A DNA stretch of 42,219 bases, taken from positions 1-42,219 of the forward strand of contig CAIYXH010000289.1 of assembly GCA_903930195.1 (NCBI GenBank), written 5' to 3'. The position numbers and the translations under genes are program-made. Shown one piece after another: positions 31,773-39,083 of this stretch (positions are counted from its first letter, which is position 1; each line of letters begins with the position of its first letter). The notes beneath the pieces were generated by a model. That model was not told the origin of the DNA, did no database searches, and saw nothing but the letters and a program-made list of their open reading frames with translations. Source of the DNA: an uncultured Actinomycetes bacterium. GTDB taxonomy: Bacteria; Actinomycetota; Thermoleophilia; Gaiellales; Gaiellaceae.

Positions 31773-33232
31773 GCGCGCGGGCGCGGCTTGAGCGTCTGGA
31801 CGCGCAGCTTCCAGAAGGCGAAGACTGCCATCCGCATGAGCAGCCAACCGTGGCTGAAGCGGGAGATCTTCGTGTCGCCGTAGGTGCGCGGGTGGTAGCG
31901 AACCGGGAGGTCGACGATCTTCAGGTTCAGCCGAGAGGCCCCGAGGAGCAGGTCGAAGTCGCCGAACGGGTCGAAGTCGCCGAAGTACGAGCGTCCGGCC
32001 GCGATCTGCTCGTAGCGGTGACGCTCGAGCACCTTCGTGCCGCAGAGCGTGTCCTTGACGGGCTGCCCGAGCAGCGAGCCGAAGACGACCGAGAAGAGCT
32101 TGTTGCCGATGATGTTGAGGAAGCGCATCGCGCCCGGCTCGAGGCCGTAGACGAGGCGGGAGCCGTTGACGAACTCCGCCCGCCCCGTCGCGATCGCCTC
32201 GAGGAACGACGGCAGCTCCTGGGGGCGCACGGTGAGGTCGGCGTCGAGGATCATCAGCACGTCGTTGCGCGCTTGGGCGAAGCCGAGGCGGACGGCGTCG
32301 CCCTTGCCGCGGCCGGTCTGCTCGACGTAGACGATCTCGCGCTCGGGATGGAGCTCGATCTGGCGACGGATCTCGTCGGCCGTCCCGTCGGTCGAGTTGC
32401 CCTCGACGAAGATCAGCTCGCAGGCCGTCCCGATCACAGGAGTCTCCGCGACGATCCGCTCGATCATCCCCGCCTCGTTCTTCGCCGGCACGAGGATCGA
32501 GACCGAGAGCGGCCGCCGCTCGGCGCGCGGCTGCGGCCGGGCGACGATCCAGTACGAGAGGCAGAGATGCCGCACGCCCCAGACGTTCGCGAGGATGCCG
32601 TTGACGAGCGTCGAGAGGAGCGGGATCCGGGCGGGCAGCAGGATCCGGCGCGTCTGCGTCACCCGCTCGAGCCCGGCGAGCTGAAGGAGGTTCTCGACGT
32701 CCTCCGGGGTCACCCAGTTCCGCACGGGCGTCCGCCGCTTGAGACCGGCCAGCTCGAGGACACGCAGGGCGGGACGCCAGAGCTGGCTCCAGGAGTGGAT
32801 CACGATCCGTGTCTCGGGATGGGCGTGGCGCGCGGCGCTCTGGAACAGGCCGAGCAGGTCGTCGGCGTACGGGAGCAGGTCGGAGAGGACGACGTAGTCG
32901 AAGGTGCGCCCGAGGTCGATCGACTCGCCGGCGTCGTGGACGAACTCGAGCTCCGGATGGGCGCCGCGGGCGAGCGCGACCATCCCGCCGCTCACGTCCA
33001 CCCCGACGCCGTCGGCGGGGGCGAGCGCAGCGAGGAGATCGCCGTCGCCGCTGCCGAGCTCGAGCACCGAGGACCCGGCGGGGATCGTCGCCTCGTGGAT
33101 CGCCAGGACGAGCTCGTGGTAGCCGCGTCCGGGCCGCGAGCCGCGTGCCTGCCGCGTCGCGATCTCGTCGAAGGCCCGGGCGACATCGTCGTACGCCGCC
33201 GCAGGCGTGGGCTGCACTGCCAGCTCGCTCAC
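31769..33232 (-). CDS. Bifunctional class I SAM methyltransferase / GT2 glycosyltransferase fusion
   Basis: ORF 31769..33232(-), GTG start. N-terminal VLELGSGDGDLL, FDYVVLSDLLPY. C-terminal VSILVPAKNEA, LIFVEGNSTDGT, GKGDAV, LMILDADLT, GSRL, DTLCGTKV, ending in a hydrophobic segment. Confidence 0.85.
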   Translation of the reverse strand: MSELAVQPTPAAAYDDVARAFDEIATRQARGSRPGRGYHELVLAIHEATIPAGSSVLELGSGDGDLLAALAPADGVGVDVSGGMVALARGAHPELEFVHDAGESIDLGRTFDYVVLSDLLPYADDLLGLFQSAARHAHPETRIVIHSWSQLWRPALRVLELAGLKRRTPVRNWVTPEDVENLLQLAGLERVTQTRRILLPARIPLLSTLVNGILANVWGVRHLCLSYWIVARPQPRAERRPLSVSILVPAKNEAGMIERIVAETPVIGTACELIFVEGNSTDGTADEIRRQIELHPEREIVYVEQTGRGKGDAVRLGFAQARNDVLMILDADLTVRPQELPSFLEAIATGRAEFVNGSRLVYGLEPGAMRFLNIIGNKLFSVVFGSLLGQPVKDTLCGTKVLERHRYEQIAAGRSYFGDFDPFGDFDLLLGASRLNLKIVDLPVRYHPRTYGDTKISRFSHGWLLMRMAVFAFWKLRVQTLKPRPRA

Positions 33233-33239
33233 CGCGGTG

Positions 33240-33245
33240 AGCTTA
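33240..33245 (-). promoter_or_regulatory. Candidate -10 hexamer TAAGCT
   Basis: Complement of agctta, 7 nt upstream of GTG 33232 (MTase-GT2 gene). Confidence 0.35.
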
Positions 33246-33258
33246 GAGCCAGCGTCAG

Positions 33259-33681
33259 CTAGGCGACGCTGAAGGAGACCGGCACGCCGTCGCCGGAAGA
33301 GGCCGCGACGGTGACGACCAGCTGGATCACGCCCATGCCGGTGTTCGGCGCGACGTGGAGGATCGTCCCGCCCTGGGCCGGGCCGGAGGCCTTGGGCAGG
33401 GTGCAGGTCGAGTTGGCGGCGCAGCGGGCCGTGATCGAGGTCACGGTGACGGGCTTCGACGAATCGACGTGGAGCGACCAGCCGGCGCCGCTGCCGCGTG
33501 CGTCGGTGACGGTCACCGGAATCGCGACCGTCTTCCCGGTCGCGGTGGAGCTCGCCGGCGCCGAGAGCGAGAGCTGCCCCGCCTTGAGGCCGACCGTGAC
33601 GATCACGTTGCCGGCGAACGCAGGCGCGGAGAGCGCGAGAGCGGCGACGAGAGTGACGAGTCCGAGGCGTGCGAGCGTCAT
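33259..33681 (-). CDS. Secreted WxL-domain-like surface protein (short)
   Basis: In-frame ATG 33679-33681 within ORF 33259..33813(-). Signal peptide MTLARLGLVTLVAALALSAPAFA, and TDARGSGAGWSLHV (D.RG...GW.L, the proximal WxL motif as I remember it). It shares NTGMG with the other WxL gene. Confidence 0.55.
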   Translation of the reverse strand: MTLARLGLVTLVAALALSAPAFAGNVIVTVGLKAGQLSLSAPASSTATGKTVAIPVTVTDARGSGAGWSLHVDSSKPVTVTSITARCAANSTCTLPKASGPAQGGTILHVAPNTGMGVIQLVVTVAASSGDGVPVSFSVA

Positions 33682-33863
33682 ACCCGACTGATGTCGGCGC
33701 AGTGCGACGGCCGCCCGATCACCGGAGCGGCGTGCGTCTCCTCCCCCGAACGGGTGAGTCGTCGCCCAGCCCGAGCTTGGCCTTCCCCCTGCGTCGGTCC
33801 CCACCGACACCACCTCCCGCCCCAGGTTCTACAGCTTCGGGCGGGCGTTGTCTACTCGGAGGG

Positions 33864-35324
33864 CTAAGAGCTCGCGCGATCGGCGAGCATCGCGGCCTCG
33901 CTGATGTCCTTCGCGAGAACCTGCACGCCGCAATTGCGGCAGCGGTGCGGATAGCGCATGACGCCGTCGGCGCCGAGCTGGCCGTTGTCCCAGTCGACGT
34001 CCCAGTAGTGGAACGGGACGCAGGCCGCGGTGCGGGTGGGGGCCGGCGCCGGCGCTATGGGCTCCGGCGCGACAGGTGGCATCGGAGCAGGAGCGGGAAT
34101 CGGAGCCGGGGCCGGAGGCGCAGGTGCGGCGACCGGCGCCGGGAGGATGGGGGGTGCGGCTTCGGCCGGAGGCGCAGGCGGAGCGGCAGGAGCCGAGAGC
34201 CGGCCCAGGCGCTCGGGCGACGGTGGGACGCTCGCAGCGGTGCGCTCCGTCGTCCGGCGGCGCGGCGGCTCGCTGCGCCGGTCGTCGCGCCTGCGGCCGC
34301 GGCGGGTCAGCAGCAGGATCACGATCACGAGCAGAAGGAGCACGACGATGCCGGCGCCGCCGTAGATGTAGGTCGTGTTCGTGCCGCTCGAGGAGGCGAG
34401 GAGGCCGGGGGTCGTCTGTGTCGGCTTCGAGGACTGGAAGACCTGCTGGACGTTCTGCTTGCTGACCGAGAAGGTCGGCGTCGAGGTTGCCGTCAGCGTC
34501 GCGGTGCCGGCGGCTGCGCCGGTTCCGCCCTTGAGGTAGTTCAGCGTCACCGCGGCGGCGTAGTCGCCCGGGCCGAGCGCCTTCTTCAGCTCGACGGGGA
34601 AGTCGATCGCCGTGTGGGGCAGGAACGTGTCCATCGTGAACGGGATCGTCTGGAGCGCCGCGCCGGTCTTGTCCTCGATCGTGACCTTGCCGGTCGGCTT
34701 CGCGAGCACGTTGCCGTTGTTCGCGACGTGGATCAGCACTTGCTGGTGACCCTTGCTCCCGCCGATCTCGGCGCTCGAGATCGCGAACTTCGCCGCGAGC
34801 GCGCCGGGGACGTTGACCTGGACGGCGACGATCGAGAGGTTCCGCACCTTGATCTGGACGTTCGCCTTCTGCTTGGACTTGGCGCTCTGCGTCTCCTGGA
34901 CGGTCTCGGCGACGATGCCGCCGACGTACTGTCCTGCGGCCGCTCCCGCCGGGAGCTGGACCGTGAAGTTGACGACTTGGCGCTGGCCCGGCTTCAGCGT
35001 CGCCTGCGCGTGGTCGAGGGTGATCCAGGTGCCGACCTCGGTCGGCTTCGCATCCGTGAGATAGACCGCGCCGGTGGTGCTGCCGGTCGTCGCATCGGCC
35101 GGATAGAGCTTGACGACACCCGTGCGGTCGCCGGTGTTCGTGACGGCGACGGCACCGTGCTCGACCGCGCCGGCGGAGCCCTGGTAGACGAAGTAGCCGA
35201 GCTTCGGGTTGCCGATCGCGCGCAGGCCGAAGGCCGGCCCCTGCGGCGGCGTGGTGGCCGCGAGCGCGGCGGGGGCCGCGGCGAGGGCGGCGAGGCTCAG
35301 GAAGATGGTGAGGAAGCGGCGCAT
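33864..35324 (-). CDS. DUF916/DUF3324-like (WxL-interacting) cell-surface protein with a TM anchor and a long cytoplasmic tail (Pro/Ala-rich, ending in a Cys/His module)
   Basis: ORF 33864..35324(-). Signal peptide MRRFLTIFLSLAALAAAPAALA. GYFVYQGSAGAVEHGAVAVTNTGDRTGVVKLYPADATT is DUF916-like. WITLDHAQATLKPGQRQVVNFTVQLPAGAAAGQYVGGIVAE is DUF3324-like. TM helix YIYGGAGIVVLLLLVIVILLLT, then RRGRRRDDRR, an (A/P)-rich stretch of about 65 aa, and CVPFHYWDVDWDNGQLGADGVMRYPHRCRNCG. Confidence 0.6.
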   Translation of the reverse strand: MRRFLTIFLSLAALAAAPAALAATTPPQGPAFGLRAIGNPKLGYFVYQGSAGAVEHGAVAVTNTGDRTGVVKLYPADATTGSTTGAVYLTDAKPTEVGTWITLDHAQATLKPGQRQVVNFTVQLPAGAAAGQYVGGIVAETVQETQSAKSKQKANVQIKVRNLSIVAVQVNVPGALAAKFAISSAEIGGSKGHQQVLIHVANNGNVLAKPTGKVTIEDKTGAALQTIPFTMDTFLPHTAIDFPVELKKALGPGDYAAAVTLNYLKGGTGAAAGTATLTATSTPTFSVSKQNVQQVFQSSKPTQTTPGLLASSSGTNTTYIYGGAGIVVLLLLVIVILLLTRRGRRRDDRRSEPPRRRTTERTAASVPPSPERLGRLSAPAAPPAPPAEAAPPILPAPVAAPAPPAPAPIPAPAPMPPVAPEPIAPAPAPTRTAACVPFHYWDVDWDNGQLGADGVMRYPHRCRNCGVQVLAKDISEAAMLADRASS

Positions 35325-35331
35325 GGGCGGA

Positions 35332-35337
35332 AGCTTA
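35332..35337 (-). promoter_or_regulatory. Candidate -10 hexamer TAAGCT
   Basis: Complement of agctta, 7 nt upstream of ATG 35324 (DUF916-like gene). Same CTAAGCT context and spacing as at 33240-33245. Confidence 0.35.
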
Positions 35338-35381
35338 GGGCCGAAGCGGCTGGTGCGCGACCCTTTTTTGCGTACGGCGAA

Positions 35382-35933
35382 TCAGGGACCTGCGACGGCG
35401 GCGACGGTCAGCGTGCTCGAGTACGTCCCGGCGTAGGAGTTCCCCGGAACGCTCACGGCAATCGTCGGGGTGATCGTGAACGAGCCCATTCCGGTGTTGG
35501 CGGCAGCGTTGAAGAACTTGACCGCCGCCGGGGCGGTGGCGCCGGCGGGATCGGCGACCGGGAAGGTGACGGCGTTCGTCGGATTCGTGCAGGTGACGCC
35601 CGTCGTGCACCCGGCGGTGACCGCTGTGAGCGACGAGGCCGTCGTCGCGAGCGTGCGCGTTCCCGTCGTGAAGGTGGTAGAGGTGAGGGTGAGGTTCCAG
35701 CCGCCGCCGGTCCCGCGCGCGTCGACGATCGTCAGCGGCACGGTGTAATTGACCGTCTGGTCGGTGCCGTCGAGCGTCGCTGCGAATGTGGCGGTCGTGC
35801 CCGAGGTCAGCGTGACCGAGCCTGCGCCCGTGACCGTGCCCGACGCCGTCACGGTTGCGGCGGTCGCGACGGCAGCCACCGCGAGGGTCGCGGTGGCGAA
35901 CAGCAGGATGGCAATCGCCCTCTTCATGGACAA
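35382..35933 (-). CDS. Secreted WxL-domain protein
   Basis: ORF 35382..35933(-). The TTG start has GGGAG 7 nt upstream; the alternative ATG is at 35927. Signal peptide MKRAIAILLFATATLAVAAVATA. IVDARGTGGGWNLTLTSTTFT is the proximal WxL motif. C-terminal YAGTYSSTLTVAAVAGP is distal-motif-like. Confidence 0.6.
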   Translation of the reverse strand: MSMKRAIAILLFATATLAVAAVATAATVTASGTVTGAGSVTLTSGTTATFAATLDGTDQTVNYTVPLTIVDARGTGGGWNLTLTSTTFTTGTRTLATTASSLTAVTAGCTTGVTCTNPTNAVTFPVADPAGATAPAAVKFFNAAANTGMGSFTITPTIAVSVPGNSYAGTYSSTLTVAAVAGP

Positions 35934-36014
35934 AAGTGTTCTCCCGGTCCGTTACAGAGACGGAAGCGGCCGGTATGAAACGAGGGAGGACCCGTTGCAA
36001 GGACTCTGTGAGGA

Positions 36015-36032
36015 ACCGGAAGGGGTTCCGGT
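36015..36032. promoter_or_regulatory. Inverted repeat ACCGGAA-N4-TTCCGGT (possible operator or hairpin) over the -35 position of the uxs promoter
   Basis: Read directly: accggaa gggg ttccggt, with 7-bp arms. It ends 8 nt upstream of the TAGGAT hexamer, in the WxL/uxs divergent intergenic region. Confidence 0.3.
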
Positions 36033-36040
36033 CGCCCGAG

Positions 36041-36046
36041 TAGGAT
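36041..36046 (+). promoter_or_regulatory. Candidate -10 hexamer TAGGAT (context AGTAGGAT)
   Basis: 9 nt upstream of ATG 36056 (uxs). Confidence 0.4.
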
Positions 36047-36055
36047 GCGCCGACG

Positions 36056-36997
36056 ATGACGACCTCCGTTGTGACCGGTGGCGCCGGCTTTCTCGGCTCG
36101 CACCTCTGTGATTACCTCCTCGCGCACGACCACCGGGTCATCTGCGTCGACAACCTCGAGACGGGCTCGCTCGAGAACGTCGAGCATCTGCGGGACACGG
36201 CCTTCACGTTCGTCTACCAGGACGTCGTCGACGGCATCTGGGTCGATGAGCCCGTCGACTTCGTCTTCCACCTCGCGAGCCCCGCGAGCCCGATCGACTA
36301 TCTGCGGCTGCCGCTCCAGACGCTCAAGGTCGGCTCGCACGGGACGCAGAACGCGCTCGGGCTCGCCAAGTGGAAGCGGGCGCGCTTCCTGATCAGCTCG
36401 ACGAGCGAGGTCTACGGCGACCCGCAGGTCCACCCCCAGCCCGAGACCTACTGGGGGAACGTCAACCCCATCGGTCCGCGGGGCGTCTACGACGAGGCCA
36501 AGCGCTACGCGGAGGCCCTCACGATGGCCTACCACAAGCAGCAGGGCGTCAATACCGCGATTGCGCGGATCTTCAATACCTACGGCCCGCGCATGCGCCG
36601 CAACGACGGCCGCGCGACCGTGACGTTTCTCCACCAGGCCCTCGAGGGTAAGCCGTTGACAGTGTTCGGCGATGGCTCGCAGACCCGGTCCCTCTGTTAT
36701 GTGGACGACCTCATTCGCGGGCTGTACCTGCTCGCGTGCTCCGACGAGCATCTGCCCGTGAACATCGGAAATCCCGATCGCGAGATCACGATGCTCGACC
36801 TGGCTCAGGCAAGCATCCGCGTCACCGGTTCGAGCAGCGAGATCGTCTTCGAGGCTCTTCCGACCGACGATCCCCTCGTCCGCCGCCCGGACATCACCCG
36901 GGCGCGTGAGATCCTCGGCTGGGAGCCGGAGATCGACCTGGACGAAGGGATGCGGCGCTGGGTGCGCGCCCTCGGCCGGGAGCCGGTCGCCGGCTAG
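36056..36997 (+). CDS. uxs: UDP-glucuronate decarboxylase (UDP-xylose synthase)
   Basis: ORF 36056..36997: [84 protein letters not shown]. These are canonical UXS motifs. Confidence 0.9.
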   Translation: MTTSVVTGGAGFLGSHLCDYLLAHDHRVICVDNLETGSLENVEHLRDTAFTFVYQDVVDGIWVDEPVDFVFHLASPASPIDYLRLPLQTLKVGSHGTQNALGLAKWKRARFLISSTSEVYGDPQVHPQPETYWGNVNPIGPRGVYDEAKRYAEALTMAYHKQQGVNTAIARIFNTYGPRMRRNDGRATVTFLHQALEGKPLTVFGDGSQTRSLCYVDDLIRGLYLLACSDEHLPVNIGNPDREITMLDLAQASIRVTGSSSEIVFEALPTDDPLVRRPDITRAREILGWEPEIDLDEGMRRWVRALGREPVAG

Positions 36998-38151
36998 TGC
37001 GCTTCCTCAACCGGGCGGTGTGGGGCGCGATCGTGACGATCGCGGCGGTGTTCGCTACCTCGGCGCAGCCTGCCTCGGCATCGAAGTACCTCCGCGCCGG
37101 GATCTACGACGAGGCCCAGGTCCTCTACGGGCCGACCGACCAGACGATCGCGACCTTCAAGGAGCTGCACGTCAAGGAGCTCCGCGTCAATCTCTACTGG
37201 GGAGGTCAGTACGGCGTGGCGGCAGCGCACGCGCCCACGCACGCCACCGACCCCGGCGACGCCGCCTACAACTGGTCGATCTACGACCGGCTGGTGCGTG
37301 CGGCCGCCGCCGCGAAGATCTACGTCGTCTTCTCGATCTACGGCACCCCGACCTGGGCAAACGGCGGCAAGGCACGGAATGTCGCCCCGACGAACGCGAC
37401 GCTCCTCCGGAACTTCGCCTATGCCGCCGCCCGTCGCTACAGCGGCACCTACACACCCGCCGGCACCACGAGCCCGCTCCCCGCGGTCAAGGACTGGATG
37501 GCCTGGAACGAGCCGAACAACCCGGTGTTCCTCGTGCCCCAGTACACGAAGGTCAAGGGGAAGTGGGTCATCGAGAGCGCGATCAACTACGCGAAGATCT
37601 GCAACGCCGTCTACAACGGCGTGCACGCGACGCTCATCAGGAGCGAGCGGGTCGCCTGTGGCGTGACCGCCCCCCGCGGCAACAACAACCCGAACAGCAG
37701 CCGGCCTTCCGTCGCACCGCTCGCCTTCCTCAAGGCGGTCAAGGCCGACGGTCTCAAGACGTTCGATGCCTGGGCCCATCATCCGTATCCCGCCGATCCC
37801 GGCGAGCTGCCGTCAGGGCACGACGGGCAGGGCTCGGTCGACCTCGGCAACATCGACGAGCTGATCACGCTGCTGACGACGCTCTACGGCAACAAGCGCG
37901 TCTGGATCACCGAGTACGGCTACCAGACGAACCCGCCCGACGACCTCGTCGGCGTGAGCGACGCCAAGCAGGCCGCGTATCTCAAGCAGGCGTTCGAGAT
38001 CGCCTACAAGAACCCCCGCATCGACATGATGCTCTGGTTCCTGTTGAAGGACGAGCCGTCGCTCGCCGGCTGGCAGTCGGGCCTGATCACCGTGAACGGG
38101 GTGCATAAGCCCTCGTTCGCGGCGTTCATGCAGATCGCGAAGACCGTCTAG
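36997..38151 (+). CDS. Secreted clan GH-A (GH5/GH39-like) glycoside hydrolase
   Basis: ORF 36997..38151 (GTG, with a TAGTG junction on the uxs stop). Signal peptide ...AVFATSAQPASA. WMAWNEPNN is an acid/base NEP motif and VWITEYGY is a nucleophile Glu motif, spaced as in (beta/alpha)8 clan A enzymes. Confidence 0.65.
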   Translation: MRFLNRAVWGAIVTIAAVFATSAQPASASKYLRAGIYDEAQVLYGPTDQTIATFKELHVKELRVNLYWGGQYGVAAAHAPTHATDPGDAAYNWSIYDRLVRAAAAAKIYVVFSIYGTPTWANGGKARNVAPTNATLLRNFAYAAARRYSGTYTPAGTTSPLPAVKDWMAWNEPNNPVFLVPQYTKVKGKWVIESAINYAKICNAVYNGVHATLIRSERVACGVTAPRGNNNPNSSRPSVAPLAFLKAVKADGLKTFDAWAHHPYPADPGELPSGHDGQGSVDLGNIDELITLLTTLYGNKRVWITEYGYQTNPPDDLVGVSDAKQAAYLKQAFEIAYKNPRIDMMLWFLLKDEPSLAGWQSGLITVNGVHKPSFAAFMQIAKTV

Positions 38152-39083
38152 CCGCGGAGGCCGGGAAACGCCTCGACGGTGCGACGGATCCCCTCGGCCA
38201 GATCGACCGTCGGCGCGTAGCCGAGCACCTCGCGGGCCAGGGAGACGTCGGCGAAGGAGTCACGGATGTCGCCGGCCCGGGGCGGCTCGAAGGTCTTCTC
38301 CACCGGCAGGCCGAGCGTCTCGCCGATCAGGTCGGCCACGACGTTGACGCTCTCGGGGGCGCTGGCCGCGATGTTGAAGATCCGGCCGTTCGCATCGGGG
38401 ACGTCCGCTGCCCGTATGGTCGCGTCGACGACGTTCGCCACGTACGTGAAGTCACGCGACTGGCCGCCGTCGCCGTAGATCCGGATCGGGAGGCCCTGGG
38501 CGATCGCGTCGATGAACCGGGGGATCACCGCGGCGTACTCCGAGTGCGGGCTCTGGCGGGGGCCGAAGACGTTGAAGTAGCGGAGCACGACGGTCTCGAA
38601 GCGGTCGTAGACGCGGCTGAAGCTGACGCAGTACCGCTCCGCCGCGAGCTTCGCGACGCCGTAGGGCGAGATCGGGTCCGGCGGCATCGCCTCGGCGAGC
38701 GGCAGCACGTTCGTCGAGCCGTAGATCGACGAACTCGACGAGAAGATCACGCGCCGGACGCCCTCGTCGCGCGCGGCGAGGAGCACGTTGAGTGTCCCGT
38801 CGACGTTGACGGCGTTCGAGGTGAGCGGGTCGCCCACCGAGCGGGGGACGGAGCCGAGGGCACCGAGGTGGTAGACGACCTCGACCCCCTTGACGGCGCG
38901 GTGGACACGCTCGTAGGAGCGGAGCTCGCCTTCGACGACGTCGGCGTCCGTCCCCTCGAGGTTCGCCCGGCTGCCGGTCGAGAAGTTGTCGAGGACGCGG
39001 ACGTCGTCGCCGCGCTCGAGCAGAGCCCGGACGAGGTTCGACCCGATGAAGCCGCCGCCGCCGGTCACGAGGACGCGCGTCAT
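38148..39083 (-). CDS. WbpP/TviC-like UDP-N-acetylhexosamine (or uronate) 4-epimerase (extended SDR)
   Basis: In-frame ATG 39081-39083 within ORF 38148..40118(-), with an ATGA overlap on the upstream stop. VLVTGGGGFIGSNL, LDNFSTGSRANL, SSSSSIYG, SPYGVAKLAAE, LRYFNVFGPRQSP, YAAVIPRF, GDGGQSRDFTYVANV. Confidence 0.85.
   Translation of the reverse strand: MTRVLVTGGGGFIGSNLVRALLERGDDVRVLDNFSTGSRANLEGTDADVVEGELRSYERVHRAVKGVEVVYHLGALGSVPRSVGDPLTSNAVNVDGTLNVLLAARDEGVRRVIFSSSSSIYGSTNVLPLAEAMPPDPISPYGVAKLAAERYCVSFSRVYDRFETVVLRYFNVFGPRQSPHSEYAAVIPRFIDAIAQGLPIRIYGDGGQSRDFTYVANVVDATIRAADVPDANGRIFNIAASAPESVNVVADLIGETLGLPVEKTFEPPRAGDIRDSFADVSLAREVLGYAPTVDLAEGIRRTVEAFPGLRG

Noticed and set aside
33816-33845. 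7-bp stem cccgccc / gggcggg with a 16-nt loop downstream of the DUF916-like stop, plus a TAGACA hexamer (33849-33854, minus) in the 182-nt gap before the short WxL gene.
   Set aside because: The loop is too large, and no U-tract follows on the minus strand. The hexamer lacks the terminal T of TANNNT and lies about 170 nt from the start codon. It might be a terminator/promoter pair but is not supportable from sequence alone.
34038-34229. Repetitive-looking GC-rich DNA (ggagc/ggcgc/ccgg motifs), considered as a tandem repeat or CRISPR-like array.
   Set aside because: It is the coding sequence of the Pro/Ala-rich tail read on the opposite strand. It shows no fixed period and no repeat-spacer structure.
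35364-35369. The T6 run (cccttttttg), the only homopolymer T tract noticed, considered as a terminator between the WxL and DUF916 genes.
   Set aside because: The T-run is on the + strand, where no gene ends. On the coding (minus) strand it is an A-run preceding a weak 4-bp hairpin (gccg-ctt-cggc), which is the wrong order for an intrinsic terminator.
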